From IMG/VR virus record IMGVR_UViG_3300025372_000001: a stretch of 64,000 nt of DNA; one strand, written 5' to 3'. Under the pieces are notes generated by a model. It worked only from the letters and a program-made list of their open reading frames with translations. It did not search any database and had not been told where the DNA came from. The first letter of the stretch is position 1. Every line of letters starts with the position of its first letter. This document shows positions 36,930-46,873 of the stretch, piece after piece. The position numbers and the translations under genes were made by a program. The DNA comes from a virus. Lineage: Duplodnaviria; Caudoviricetes.

Positions 36930-37610
36930 ATGAAAAAATTTCTTGCAGAATATCAAAGATTATTAACAGAAGCAGAACAACCACCTTCTCCTCCTGGAGC
37001 AAATAGTATGGGACAAGCCCCTGCTCCCAACGAAGGCGAACAAGGAAGTCAATCTGCTGATGAAGATAATTTAGATGAAGAACCTATTACGGACGTAGAA
37101 GATCGTCCTGTTTCTCCTGAAGAAATTGAATTGGCAAAATTAGCAGTAAGGGCATTATATTTTAATACTGATTCAAAAGATGTTCATCAATTTTCCCTTA
37201 AAGTAGGAGATGATCGTATTCCTTTTGAAAAGATTCCTGATTTCTATGAAGCAACTAAACAATGGAAACCAGTTATTGCTTTCGTTGAATATGTAATGGA
37301 TAAATTTGAAGGCTTTTCTTCTAAATGGACCGAACAAGATGATATTAAAGGAAAGAATATTTTAGATAAAATTAAATTGTTTAATAAGAAAGCAAAAGGT
37401 GATGAAAAATTAGACAATGGCAAAAGATTATATTGGATAAGAATTATTCTTAATTGTCTGTTACATGGAAAACCTACGGAGAATTTAACTATTGCAGATG
37501 TTAATGAGAAGAATATTAATGAAATATTTGATATGTTGAAAATGCATTATGGTATGGATACCAGAGGATTAACCCCTGGAAAAGATGTACGTGCTCCCGG
37601 TATTTTCTAG
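36930..37610 (+). CDS. Late hypothetical (probable virion/internal) protein
   Basis: MKKFLAEYQRLLTE/A; TATAAATA (36911-36918) 11 nt upstream. Confidence 0.75.
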   Translation: MKKFLAEYQRLLTEAEQPPSPPGANSMGQAPAPNEGEQGSQSADEDNLDEEPITDVEDRPVSPEEIELAKLAVRALYFNTDSKDVHQFSLKVGDDRIPFEKIPDFYEATKQWKPVIAFVEYVMDKFEGFSSKWTEQDDIKGKNILDKIKLFNKKAKGDEKLDNGKRLYWIRIILNCLLHGKPTENLTIADVNEKNINEIFDMLKMHYGMDTRGLTPGKDVRAPGIF

Positions 37611-37659
37611 AATTGTCTTGAAACTGTTATTGTGGTCGGTTATTATGTAAATAACCATC

Positions 37660-38967
37660 ATGGCAACTTCAAACGAGTCCACATTACAGGTATCAAAAGA
37701 TTATATTTTTAATCCAAAAACAAATAAATATGTTTTTCAAACAGAGAAAAAGTTTGGGAGAAATTTAGTTTTTTCCAAGGACAAAATTGATACAATTATT
37801 AAGTTGTATTCAAATTTTGATAAGCAACCAGCAACGGCAGGAGAGATTGCATTAAAAATGGGTATTCCAAAAGAAACCATTGTGCATATTCTCCGTGTAT
37901 TAAAAATTACACATGATGCATTGCCCTTCTCTAAGGAAAAAATTGAAGAAGTGGAAGAAGATGTATTGGTGGAAGAAATGGCGAATTCTAAGTCATTTAA
38001 TATTCAACAGAAGTTTGAAAAGAGGGATTGGAAACAGACACAAGAAGATGCCGAGAAATGGCGGGAATTACAGTATAATGTGATTCAACCAATTGAGAGA
38101 AAATTAAGTAATTGGAATCCCCCAAAGTATATCCCGCTTAAAAAGAAAGTAACAAAGGGCAAAGTTGATATTATTTGCGCTCTCAGTGATTTACATGTGG
38201 GGGAATTTACCAATAGTGAGAAATTATTTCATGGAAGAGATTATAATAGTCAGATTGCAGAAAAGATTATTAATGATTACTGTGAGAATGTTATTTCTGA
38301 TTTAAAGGAAAAGAATCAATCGGTGGATACTGCTTATTTGTGTGTGTTGGGTGATTTTTTGCATTCGGCATTTAATGGAACTACTGCCCAAGGAACAAAG
38401 TTGACCAGTGATTTGATCAATGAAGAACTTTTTGAAAAAGGACTGAATATTTTAACTAAGTTTATTAGTAGATTTAATGAAGCCTTTCCAAAAGTGGTGG
38501 TTAAGGTCCAGCGCGGCAATCACGAGGGGGTAGTTGCATCATATATTGGATATGCTCTGCAACAATATTTTAGATTAGATAAGGCTATTGATATTGAAGT
38601 GGTTAAATCATGGGCAACCATTTTTAAAGTTAAGAAGTTAGCAGTATTAGCATTTCATGGCGGAAGTGATACATTAAAACATGCAAATGTTCCTAGACAA
38701 GATGGGCAAATGCGGTCATATATTCAGGAATTGTTTTTAGCTAAACAGAAGGATATTGCTGATTGTACTGACCGGATAGTTATTTCTGGTCATACGCATG
38801 CCTTTACTCATAAAGACATGGGATCATTTGATTTCTATGTCATGGGAACAAGTGTCATTGGAGATTGTTATGCTGATACAATGAATTTTCCTAGATCAAA
38901 GGCTAGACAAAATTGTCTTATTATTAAGGATAGTAAAGTAGCAGAAACTCTTCATTATTACTTTTAA
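37660..38967 (+). CDS. Calcineurin-like metallophosphoesterase with N-terminal HTH-like region
   Basis: LSDLHVGE, LGDFLH, RGNHE, FHGG, SGHTH; TAAATA 6 nt upstream. Confidence 0.85.
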   Translation: MATSNESTLQVSKDYIFNPKTNKYVFQTEKKFGRNLVFSKDKIDTIIKLYSNFDKQPATAGEIALKMGIPKETIVHILRVLKITHDALPFSKEKIEEVEEDVLVEEMANSKSFNIQQKFEKRDWKQTQEDAEKWRELQYNVIQPIERKLSNWNPPKYIPLKKKVTKGKVDIICALSDLHVGEFTNSEKLFHGRDYNSQIAEKIINDYCENVISDLKEKNQSVDTAYLCVLGDFLHSAFNGTTAQGTKLTSDLINEELFEKGLNILTKFISRFNEAFPKVVVKVQRGNHEGVVASYIGYALQQYFRLDKAIDIEVVKSWATIFKVKKLAVLAFHGGSDTLKHANVPRQDGQMRSYIQELFLAKQKDIADCTDRIVISGHTHAFTHKDMGSFDFYVMGTSVIGDCYADTMNFPRSKARQNCLIIKDSKVAETLHYYF

Positions 38968-38968
38968 T

Positions 38969-39583
38969 ATGGGCGAATCGTTTAAAGAATTTTTTCTTAC
39001 CAGAAATCCTGAAATGCGAAAGATTTATCAGGTTATTCAGGAAATGTCTGCCCAGATAACTGAATATCGGGACATTCTAAAGGATAATTATGAGAATTTG
39101 GTTATTACCAAAAAAGTAGTAGAAGAAGGAGATTATATCGGCACATTTGAATGGAATCAAAATAAATTAGAGATTTATGAATATGATTTTTCGGAAACCG
39201 GGACAGACGAAAGAAAATTATTTTTTGTTTTGAATAAACAGATTACATATGTGAAATTATTTTTCTTTGAACATAAAGGCGCAGCATATATTAATGATGT
39301 AAATTCAAGGGGAGGGGATTTTAGAAGAATTGTTCCCGAAATTTATATTAGATATTTGTTGACTAGAAATGATCGTATTATTTCCGACAATATTCAGACT
39401 CGAAGCGGATTTAATATGTATCGATATATGTTGTTAGAGAAAGAACGATATGATATTGTAATGAATGTATTAGATGTACGAACAAATAAAGAGATTCCTA
39501 TTAATGACGTTACAGAATTGGAGAAATATTTCGGGGATGCAACAGAGTTTGTTAACTATAGATTTGTAATCAGAAAGAAATAA
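38969..39583 (+). CDS. Hypothetical protein
   Basis: 204 aa; MGESFKEFF N-terminus. Confidence 0.7.
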   Translation: MGESFKEFFLTRNPEMRKIYQVIQEMSAQITEYRDILKDNYENLVITKKVVEEGDYIGTFEWNQNKLEIYEYDFSETGTDERKLFFVLNKQITYVKLFFFEHKGAAYINDVNSRGGDFRRIVPEIYIRYLLTRNDRIISDNIQTRSGFNMYRYMLLEKERYDIVMNVLDVRTNKEIPINDVTELEKYFGDATEFVNYRFVIRKK

Positions 39584-39706
39584 TATGGGAAGAAGCATGA
39601 TAACATGGATTTAACTAATTTTACAGAATTCGATGTATTCGATTTAAATCCGAAAACTTTTAATCTCCTCACCTTAAGAGATTATAAAGAATAATTAGAT
39701 GATTAT

Positions 39707-39949
39707 ATGTTAGATGATTGTTCTAAATTGGTGAGGATTTTCAGGAAATATGATTTATTTATCAATCCTATGCAAGCCTATTTTATATGGCTTGAACGAT
39801 CCGCTGCATATAATGCAACATGGTTAATTGATATTGAAGAAGTTACTGATATTAATGATAAGAATCAAACTGATGCAATCATGCGCAGTATTATCCGCTT
39901 TACAGATTATTTGATTTATGAACCTTATAAGGAGGGTTACAATGATTGA
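39707..39949 (+). CDS. Hypothetical protein
   Basis: 80-aa ORF. Confidence 0.55.
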   Translation: MLDDCSKLVRIFRKYDLFINPMQAYFIWLERSAAYNATWLIDIEEVTDINDKNQTDAIMRSIIRFTDYLIYEPYKEGYND

Positions 39950-40460
39950 TTTGCTATATCAATATAAAATGTGTGAGGAGAACGGCCATGATTGGAGTAT
40001 CTCATTTGAGAAAACTCAACAATGTACTAAGTGTAGAGGAATACGATTTCGTGAAAATGGGTTATCTTTTTTAGATAATTTTCAAAAATCAGCTAAAGAT
40101 GAATTGGATAAAATACTATCTAATCCTTTTCATAAAAAGTTATATAATTATATTCGCAATGACTTATCTGGTATTCTTAACGGTTTAGGAGATAAATTTG
40201 CCACTTTTGAATATAACGATTTTCTAATATCAGAAAAGTTTCAGATGAAGATGGTGGAATTATTTCAGTTAAATAATTTTCATGAACAGCGTTTTGATAA
40301 AAGAAAGTTAAAAGAAGAAATAATAGATTTTTTGATGGAATCACAGTTAAATGAAGAGTTTATTATTGGCGATAAACAAGTGTCTTTCTTTGATATTTGG
40401 CCATTTAATGATAGAGAGTTGAATTTTTTTACATATATTAAAAATAATTATGAAATTTAA
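39942..40460 (+). CDS. Hypothetical protein with N-terminal Cys/His cluster; start revised to 39942
   Basis: GGAGG Shine-Dalgarno just upstream; C.ENGH.W...CTKC. Confidence 0.6.
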   Translation: MIDLLYQYKMCEENGHDWSISFEKTQQCTKCRGIRFRENGLSFLDNFQKSAKDELDKILSNPFHKKLYNYIRNDLSGILNGLGDKFATFEYNDFLISEKFQMKMVELFQLNNFHEQRFDKRKLKEEIIDFLMESQLNEEFIIGDKQVSFFDIWPFNDRELNFFTYIKNNYEI

Positions 40461-40836
40461 TATTGATGAATTAGTAGTTTTTAGTCCTAAAGTATATGCT
40501 CCGCCATATAAACCTTATTATGATAATTATGTTGAGCAGATTTTTAAAATTGTTGCCTTTCATGAAGGGGATCATATAGAGTTAGAATGTATATCTGATA
40601 GTAATATCATTGTAAACGGTTATATTCATCCCGACGAAATTCTTAATATTTCTGATTATTTTCAGATTCTTTCCGAATATCATAATTCAGGATGGCAGGA
40701 TTTATGGTTAAATATGAGTGAATATATTAATGCTTCTAATGAAAATAAAGAAAACTTCAAAAAATCATTTACTGGAATAATCATAGAAAGAATTAACAAA
40801 TTATTGGATTATCATAATTCGATAAAAGCCATTTAA
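40450..40836 (+). CDS. Hypothetical protein
   Basis: 128-aa ORF. Confidence 0.6.
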   Translation: MKFNIDELVVFSPKVYAPPYKPYYDNYVEQIFKIVAFHEGDHIELECISDSNIIVNGYIHPDEILNISDYFQILSEYHNSGWQDLWLNMSEYINASNENKENFKKSFTGIIIERINKLLDYHNSIKAI

Positions 40837-40839
40837 AAT

Positions 40840-41319
40840 ATGCCGAAAGTAATATATAATTTCCTAAAAAATGCTGATAAAATTGTTTCCCTTGCTAAAG
40901 AGCATGATTCATTATTTGTGAAACGTTCGGGAGAAGATGCCCATGCAGGATTTATTCCAGGAGTTTGTTCCCGTTTCCAAACTCTTAAAGATGAACATAT
41001 GTCTGCTGAATTAAAAGAAGCAATTTTTGATGAAGCAAATGAATGGGACGAAGATACCCGAGATTTCTGGGAATTTATTCAAATACAAAAATATGAACCA
41101 GGAGATTATATTGTTCCTCACCGGGATTCATATCGTGTTAGAAAACTTCATTTAATTACCTTGACAAGTGGTAAATTTGATGGATTAGTATGTGAGAAAG
41201 ATCAAGAACTTATTTTTATTCCAGATGAAGCAGGACAATATGTGGACTTTCCTTATACGGCAGCACATTATGTTTCCCCTGTTAAAGAGTTAAGATATAG
41301 TTTAGTTATGGGAATTTAA
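40840..41319 (+). CDS. 2OG-Fe(II) dioxygenase
   Basis: IQIQKYEPGDYIVPHRD (HxD), distal H (HYVSPV), RYSLV. Confidence 0.82.
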   Translation: MPKVIYNFLKNADKIVSLAKEHDSLFVKRSGEDAHAGFIPGVCSRFQTLKDEHMSAELKEAIFDEANEWDEDTRDFWEFIQIQKYEPGDYIVPHRDSYRVRKLHLITLTSGKFDGLVCEKDQELIFIPDEAGQYVDFPYTAAHYVSPVKELRYSLVMGI

Positions 41320-41687
41320 TGAAAATATCTAAAATATTATATACCGATGATAGGTCTTATACGGCTGCATTCAGTCTCGCCCATAAAAGAATATTTGCTA
41401 ATGTGGAAAATATTATATTGAATGGGCAGTACGGATTTACCTTTAAATCGACTATAAGACATGAGTTAATTCATTATCTTCAAGATAAAAAAGGTTACGA
41501 TTTACATCATCCTTTAATATTATTTGGATGCGAATTTGTTGCGAATTGGAAATCACAGAGGAGAGAGCGAGATATATTTTATAGGGTGAAAAATATACCA
41601 AACTATATAGAACGTTCCATGCTATCCTTTTCATACGTCTATAAAAGGGCAGGAAAACTAAAAAGGTTGTTTAATTTAAAATCATGA
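41319..41687 (+). CDS. Small HExxH protein (putative zinc peptidase)
   Basis: IRHELIHYLQ...E. Confidence 0.55.
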   Translation: MKISKILYTDDRSYTAAFSLAHKRIFANVENIILNGQYGFTFKSTIRHELIHYLQDKKGYDLHHPLILFGCEFVANWKSQRRERDIFYRVKNIPNYIERSMLSFSYVYKRAGKLKRLFNLKS

Positions 41688-42067
41688 ATGTAGATAAACT
41701 AATATTAAAATATAATCTGAAAGCAGATTCGTACTATACCGAAAGTCCTTATAAAAAGCCACGAAACGTGGAGGAATCACAATATGTTTTTAGTGAGATA
41801 AAGCGACTTAATGAGAAATACAAGAAGCATATTCCTAAAGGTTGGACCGGTTTTAATGGACTTGGTTATCCCATGCCTTTATTCTGGATTTCCGTATTAG
41901 AAGAATTTACGGATGACTTGGTGGAGAATTTTCCCGATATTGAATTATACCAACAAAAGATAAAATTTGGGGGTTTAAGATACTATACAAATAATAATTC
42001 TCCAGAAGTAAGAGAAGATATTTCTAAATTAGAAAAGGTACTAAGTGATAAACATTTAATTTACTGA
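41684..42067 (+). CDS. Conserved phage hypothetical protein
   Basis: QQKIKFGGLRYY motif, common in phage proteins. Confidence 0.7.
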   Translation: MNVDKLILKYNLKADSYYTESPYKKPRNVEESQYVFSEIKRLNEKYKKHIPKGWTGFNGLGYPMPLFWISVLEEFTDDLVENFPDIELYQQKIKFGGLRYYTNNNSPEVREDISKLEKVLSDKHLIY

Positions 42068-42071
42068 GATT

Positions 42072-42629
42072 ATGATTAACTATAAACTTTTAGATGATTC
42101 TATCAGCTTTTATACCTCGAAAGGTTATAACAGAATCGAAGCACCCTGGACCACTTCTGAGTATATTAATAATATTACTGCTCCGAAAGGAGTAACACAA
42201 TTTCAATTTAAACATAATGATAAATGTTTAGTTGCATCAGGAGAACAATCGTTTTTATATCTTTATCTTAAAGGGTTTCTCCCTAAAGGTAAGTACCAAA
42301 CGACCACTCCGTGTTTCCGAATGGAAACATTCGATCTTACTCATACCAAATACTTCATTAAGAATGAGTTAATTATTACTGATGATGTAAATTTGGACAA
42401 TTTGTTAGATATGGTTTCATATGCTAAAACGTTTTATTCTCGCTATTTAAACAATGTTACCAAAGAAAAGACTGAGAATGGGTATGATTTGGTATGTAAG
42501 GGCGTTGAATTAGGCTCTTATGGAATTAGACGCTGCGAATTCTTAGAATGGATATATGGTACTGGATGCGCAGAACCGAGGTTATCCACCGTTATTAAAT
42601 TACAAAATAAAAGATATGGGCTATCATAA
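42072..42629 (+). CDS. Stand-alone class II aminoacyl-tRNA synthetase-like catalytic core
   Basis: Motif 1 GYNRIEAPW, motif 2 PCFRME...YFIKNEL, motif 3 GTGCAEPRL; no anticodon-binding domain. Confidence 0.75.
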   Translation: MINYKLLDDSISFYTSKGYNRIEAPWTTSEYINNITAPKGVTQFQFKHNDKCLVASGEQSFLYLYLKGFLPKGKYQTTTPCFRMETFDLTHTKYFIKNELIITDDVNLDNLLDMVSYAKTFYSRYLNNVTKEKTENGYDLVCKGVELGSYGIRRCEFLEWIYGTGCAEPRLSTVIKLQNKRYGLS

Positions 42630-42861
42630 AACACAAATTCCTAAAGGAACTATTGGACAATTTTCCAAAATCGAAGAAGAATTTTTGGAATTAAAAGACG
42701 GAGTTGAACAGGGAGATAAAATTCTTCAAATAGTAGAATTAACTGATTTGATTGGAGCAATTGATTCTTATGGTTTTTATCAATTTGGTCTTTCTTTAGA
42801 AGATTTAATTAAATTCACACGGAAAACTCAACAAGCCTTTAAAGATGGAAGCCGAGAATAA
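42616..42861 (+). CDS. MazG/dimeric dUTPase-like NTP pyrophosphatase; start revised to 42616
   Basis: SKIEEEFLEL.D...VELTDL acidic all-alpha motif. Confidence 0.6.
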   Translation: MGYHKTQIPKGTIGQFSKIEEEFLELKDGVEQGDKILQIVELTDLIGAIDSYGFYQFGLSLEDLIKFTRKTQQAFKDGSRE

Positions 42862-43006
42862 ACAAAGTGTAACTCTTGAAGAAGCTCTTACTCAAGTAAG
42901 GAAATCTGAAGAAGTACAACGGAAAGCATTTGAAGAAAAACGAAAGAAACAAAGAAACGGATTAATAAGAAGCGGAGAAGCGCATAAAGAAACCGAAAAG
43001 ATTTGA
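42845..43006 (+). CDS. Small charged helical protein (53 aa, not in ORF track)
   Basis: MEAENKQSVTLEEAL...ETEKI*. Confidence 0.5.
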   Translation: MEAENKQSVTLEEALTQVRKSEEVQRKAFEEKRKKQRNGLIRSGEAHKETEKI

Positions 43007-43031
43007 CTCAAACCCATAAACATGTTATAAT
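43003..43031 (+). promoter_or_regulatory. Near-consensus sigma70 promoter TTGACT-N17-(TGn)TATAAT
   Basis: -10 ends 8 nt before ATG 43040. Confidence 0.85.
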
Positions 43032-43039
43032 AACTCACG

Positions 43040-45034
43040 ATGAAAATCATTCTTGAAAAAACACAAAACTCTATTAATAAGCCGACTAACTATATCTTTG
43101 TCGGGGACTGCTCAGGCTCCATGTGGTCTTCAATTAAGACTCTCAGAGATACATTGCTTGCCACTAAGAATTTAATTGGGCCACAAGACACTGTTTCCCT
43201 TGGCTGGTTCAGTGGCTATAATAAATTTGACTGGATCATTAAAGGTGCATCTAATCTCACAAACTTTGATGCCCTAATTGAACAAAACGTTTATGCTCGC
43301 GGAGCGACACATTACGAACAAATCCTCAAGAGTATTGACGAAGTTATTCAAAATGTCTCCACTTTAACAGGCCATAACAATATTAATTTCATGTTTCTTT
43401 CAGATGGTCAACCAAATGACCGTTCTTCTGAACGAGACATTCTTTCCATTTGTAAAGAATTAAATGGTAAGTTTGCTTCGGCAAAAATTATCGGTTATTC
43501 TGGTTATTATAACCGTAAACTTCTGCTCGATATGGCAGAAGCAATTGGCGGTCAAATGTCCCACATTTCCGACCATTATGAACTAGATACGGATTATAAG
43601 ACCTTCTTCTCTAATCGTGTTCAAGTTAAGAATATTCCTCTTATCAAGAAATTTGATCTAGTTTGGCAAGTATCTACTAACGATGTTCTACTTCTAAATC
43701 AAAAAGAAGATAATTCTGTTGATATTCAAGATAACGGTGAAGAAAGCGAACTATTTGCTATTGATTATTCTGAATTGAATGGATTAACAAGTATCAATGA
43801 TGCAAAGTTTGTTTATTCTCTCGCTTATATTCTAAGTCAGAAGAATAAGGCGAATCTAGGCGTTCAATTACTTCGGACAGTAGGAGATTATAAGATGGCA
43901 CAATCCCTCCGTAAATCCTTCACTGTTGCTCAGAAAGGTGCAATCGAGAACATGATTCGGACTTTTGCTCTTCTTGGCGGAACACCCGTTATTACTGAAC
44001 AACCTAATACAACCAAACTAGAAACCTTCTTAGAAGAACTGGATTCTAAAGAAGTATATCTAGACACTAGTAATAGTGATTATACTTCTATTTCTCGCAA
44101 AGGAACAAATGTTTCTAAAGTGGAATGGAAATTAACGGATGAAAAGGCAAAGATTATTCAAGTTGTTCCTAATGAGAATCGCCCAAATATTTCTCTTCTT
44201 ACTGTTCGCCAAGGGGAAATTACTAATGTAACTGATGAAGATTTAGCCAATAGAATTACTTCTTTTAATGCTACTGCTCCTAATCCTATTATTTTTCCGA
44301 TCAAATCAACAACATATCGTAACTATTCTTTAGTTGCTAATGGTGATTTTAATTTCAAGAAACTTGTTCTTGAGGAGAACGGACAAACTTCCGTGATTTA
44401 TCCTGATAATGATCTTGATATTTTTGACGAAGAAGTGAAATCAATTCATATCAAGGATTTCGTTAATCTTAATAAGACCTTGATTAAGGAGAAAGCACAT
44501 GTATCTACTTTAAACTTCTTTATTAAGAATAATTCAGAACAAAAGCATGCAGAAGATTGGAGAGTTAGTAATTATGGAGCAGAAGGTGCTAAATTACTTG
44601 AAGAAATGGGCATTGATTATGCTGGACGGTATTCTCCTAAGAAGGAATCTATTCCAGTTGCAGAAGATGGTGATTATTTAGAATTTCTTGAAATTGACGG
44701 ATATATTAAAGGAGCATCTACTGTTTCTGCTTCTGCCTCATTTAAGAAGTGGGAGAAGAAAGCAAAGCCAAATGCTGCTGATGAAATATTATATCCTCTC
44801 TTTGAGAAATATACTGAAATGCAAAAAGCATTATCTAAAGAGCTGTTTGTTGAGATGCTTCAAGGTATTTTAGAAGGAGTTCAAAAGACTACTAAGATTC
44901 TATCCAGAAAATTAGCTGCAATGAAGTTCTATCTTGCTACAACGAATTCGTGGTTCGAAGGAATTGATAAAGCGGATGAATTTGAATATGATGGATTTGT
45001 GGTGAAAGTTAAAACTGCTAAAGAATATATCTAA
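43040..45034 (+). CDS. von Willebrand factor A (MIDAS) domain protein with large unknown C-terminal region
   Basis: FVGDCSGSM, GAT.Y, FLSDGQPND. Confidence 0.82.
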   Translation: MKIILEKTQNSINKPTNYIFVGDCSGSMWSSIKTLRDTLLATKNLIGPQDTVSLGWFSGYNKFDWIIKGASNLTNFDALIEQNVYARGATHYEQILKSIDEVIQNVSTLTGHNNINFMFLSDGQPNDRSSERDILSICKELNGKFASAKIIGYSGYYNRKLLLDMAEAIGGQMSHISDHYELDTDYKTFFSNRVQVKNIPLIKKFDLVWQVSTNDVLLLNQKEDNSVDIQDNGEESELFAIDYSELNGLTSINDAKFVYSLAYILSQKNKANLGVQLLRTVGDYKMAQSLRKSFTVAQKGAIENMIRTFALLGGTPVITEQPNTTKLETFLEELDSKEVYLDTSNSDYTSISRKGTNVSKVEWKLTDEKAKIIQVVPNENRPNISLLTVRQGEITNVTDEDLANRITSFNATAPNPIIFPIKSTTYRNYSLVANGDFNFKKLVLEENGQTSVIYPDNDLDIFDEEVKSIHIKDFVNLNKTLIKEKAHVSTLNFFIKNNSEQKHAEDWRVSNYGAEGAKLLEEMGIDYAGRYSPKKESIPVAEDGDYLEFLEIDGYIKGASTVSASASFKKWEKKAKPNAADEILYPLFEKYTEMQKALSKELFVEMLQGILEGVQKTTKILSRKLAAMKFYLATTNSWFEGIDKADEFEYDGFVVKVKTAKEYI

Positions 45035-45035
45035 T

Positions 45036-45245
45036 ATGAACACATGGCCCAAACACATGATTAATGATCTTGATCAATTGTATAGTCAACATACGGTAGT
45101 CGGCACTAAAGGGAAATTGAAGTTTTGGAATGAATTAAATCCGAATACTTTTTTCTCGAAAGAGTTAACCGATGAAGGTTATATAGGAGCATTCGAGCAC
45201 GAATATTTATCCAATTTATATCCAGGAGAATTTGAATATTATTGA
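45036..45245 (+). CDS. Hypothetical protein
   Basis: 69-aa ORF. Confidence 0.55.
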   Translation: MNTWPKHMINDLDQLYSQHTVVGTKGKLKFWNELNPNTFFSKELTDEGYIGAFEHEYLSNLYPGEFEYY

Positions 45246-45248
45246 AAT

Positions 45249-45731
45249 ATGAGTAAAACCGTTATATATGCATTATTCAATCCTAAGAATAAGCAATTCA
45301 CTGCATGGATGAATGACCTCTCTTCAATGCCTGAAGCGGTATTGAATACCCTTCTCTTTCATGAAATCAATTTAGAAGAATACGGTGTTACTGATGCCAT
45401 GTTCAATCCTGAAAGATATAGATGGATTGGCGATTATGATACAGGAAAGTTTACTGATTTATTAGCAGATAATAAAGCCATTGTCACAGAGACAGAAGTG
45501 AATGAAAAATATGATTCAATTTTCTTTAGAAAATATCCAATTAAAGATGTTCTGTTTACTTTAATTGAGAATACTCAGATGAGGACTAAAGAGGGATTGG
45601 AGATGCAAGCTTTTCTGAGAAAGATGTTGCATAGGAAGAAAACAGATGTAGAATATTATAAGACTTCTGGTGTTCATATCTATGAAACCGAAGAAGAACA
45701 GAAACAAAGAGAAAAGAAAGCATTTGAATAA
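45249..45731 (+). CDS. Hypothetical protein
   Basis: 160-aa ORF. Confidence 0.65.
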   Translation: MSKTVIYALFNPKNKQFTAWMNDLSSMPEAVLNTLLFHEINLEEYGVTDAMFNPERYRWIGDYDTGKFTDLLADNKAIVTETEVNEKYDSIFFRKYPIKDVLFTLIENTQMRTKEGLEMQAFLRKMLHRKKTDVEYYKTSGVHIYETEEEQKQREKKAFE

Positions 45732-45732
45732 A

Positions 45733-46434
45733 ATGGAAGAATTGACCGCAGATAATATAATCCTAATTGGAGACACTCACGAGCTTACGTTCGTCGATCT
45801 TTTGGAGCATTATAAATTAGAGAATTTCATCATGCTCGGGGTTGGCGATCACGGCCTGGGGTTCGCCCCTCATTTATTCGATATGATTAATATCAATAAA
45901 TTAAATGATTATTGTAAAGAACATAATGGGAAGATATTAGTATGCCGGGGCAATCACGATCTTCCATCTGCATTTATCGAGAATTCTCCATATAATACCG
46001 AATTTGTTAAATTTCTTCCCGATTACACTTATAAACTAATCAACGGAAAAGTATTTCTATTTGCGGGTGGAGCAATATCCATTGATCGGCAATTGAGAAC
46101 AGAAGGAATCGATTATTGGAAAGATGAAGGATTTGTTCTTCCACAGGATTATCAAGAGTTGCCTCCCTGTGACGTTCTAATCACCCATTCTGCGCCTTCT
46201 GACGTTCTTGAGTATGAAGACCTTACTCGTATCTCAGGATGGTTTAAAAACGATCCTAGCCTTAAAGAAGAGCTGATAGAAGAAAGACGATTGATTAGGA
46301 AGTTATATGAACATGTTAATTGTTCTAACAACTGGTTTGGGCATTTCCATGCAGTGTCAAGTGTTCGAATAGATGGAACATGGTTTAGAGGATTAGATAT
46401 TAATGAAGTTTTAGACATTACAAGAGATATTTAA
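45733..46434 (+). CDS. Calcineurin-like metallophosphoesterase; start revised to 45733
   Basis: IGDTH, GVGD, RGNHD, FAGGAISIDR, ITHSAP, FGHFH. Confidence 0.88.
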   Translation: MEELTADNIILIGDTHELTFVDLLEHYKLENFIMLGVGDHGLGFAPHLFDMININKLNDYCKEHNGKILVCRGNHDLPSAFIENSPYNTEFVKFLPDYTYKLINGKVFLFAGGAISIDRQLRTEGIDYWKDEGFVLPQDYQELPPCDVLITHSAPSDVLEYEDLTRISGWFKNDPSLKEELIEERRLIRKLYEHVNCSNNWFGHFHAVSSVRIDGTWFRGLDINEVLDITRDI

Positions 46435-46437
46435 ATT

Positions 46438-46605
46438 ATGAAAATTAAAGAATTAATTGAACGTTTACAGAAATATGATCAAGAGAAAGAAGTTAGGATC
46501 ATATCAAAAAATCATAAATCATGGATGCCTATAACGGAAGCTATTGCCGACGTTACTGTTAGTGTTAATACTAATTTAAATGCAATTTTAATTGAAGGAG
46601 TTTAA
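46438..46605 (+). CDS. Small phage protein (55 aa, not in ORF track)
   Basis: MKIKELIERLQKYDQEKEV, a common phage N-terminus. Confidence 0.6.
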   Translation: MKIKELIERLQKYDQEKEVRIISKNHKSWMPITEAIADVTVSVNTNLNAILIEGV

Positions 46606-46821
46606 ATGAACAATAAATTTAAAAAAATAGTAGATTTAGGATTTGACGGAGCAACTTTTTATGCGGACATTCGGATAGAAATACCAAAAAAGAGAATCAC
46701 TCCAGAATTTATCAAAGATTTAATGGATAATAAAGATAAGATCATTAATGGTGAAATTATTATAGGACAGCCTTCTAATTATATCGAAACTCGTCTATTG
46801 GTGGATAATATTGATGGGTAA
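46606..46821 (+). CDS. Hypothetical protein
   Basis: 71-aa ORF. Confidence 0.55.
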   Translation: MNNKFKKIVDLGFDGATFYADIRIEIPKKRITPEFIKDLMDNKDKIINGEIIIGQPSNYIETRLLVDNIDG

Positions 46822-46873
46822 GATATTCTTAAGTTTCAAAAAGGTATAACGCCTATCTAATAAATACTTCGAT

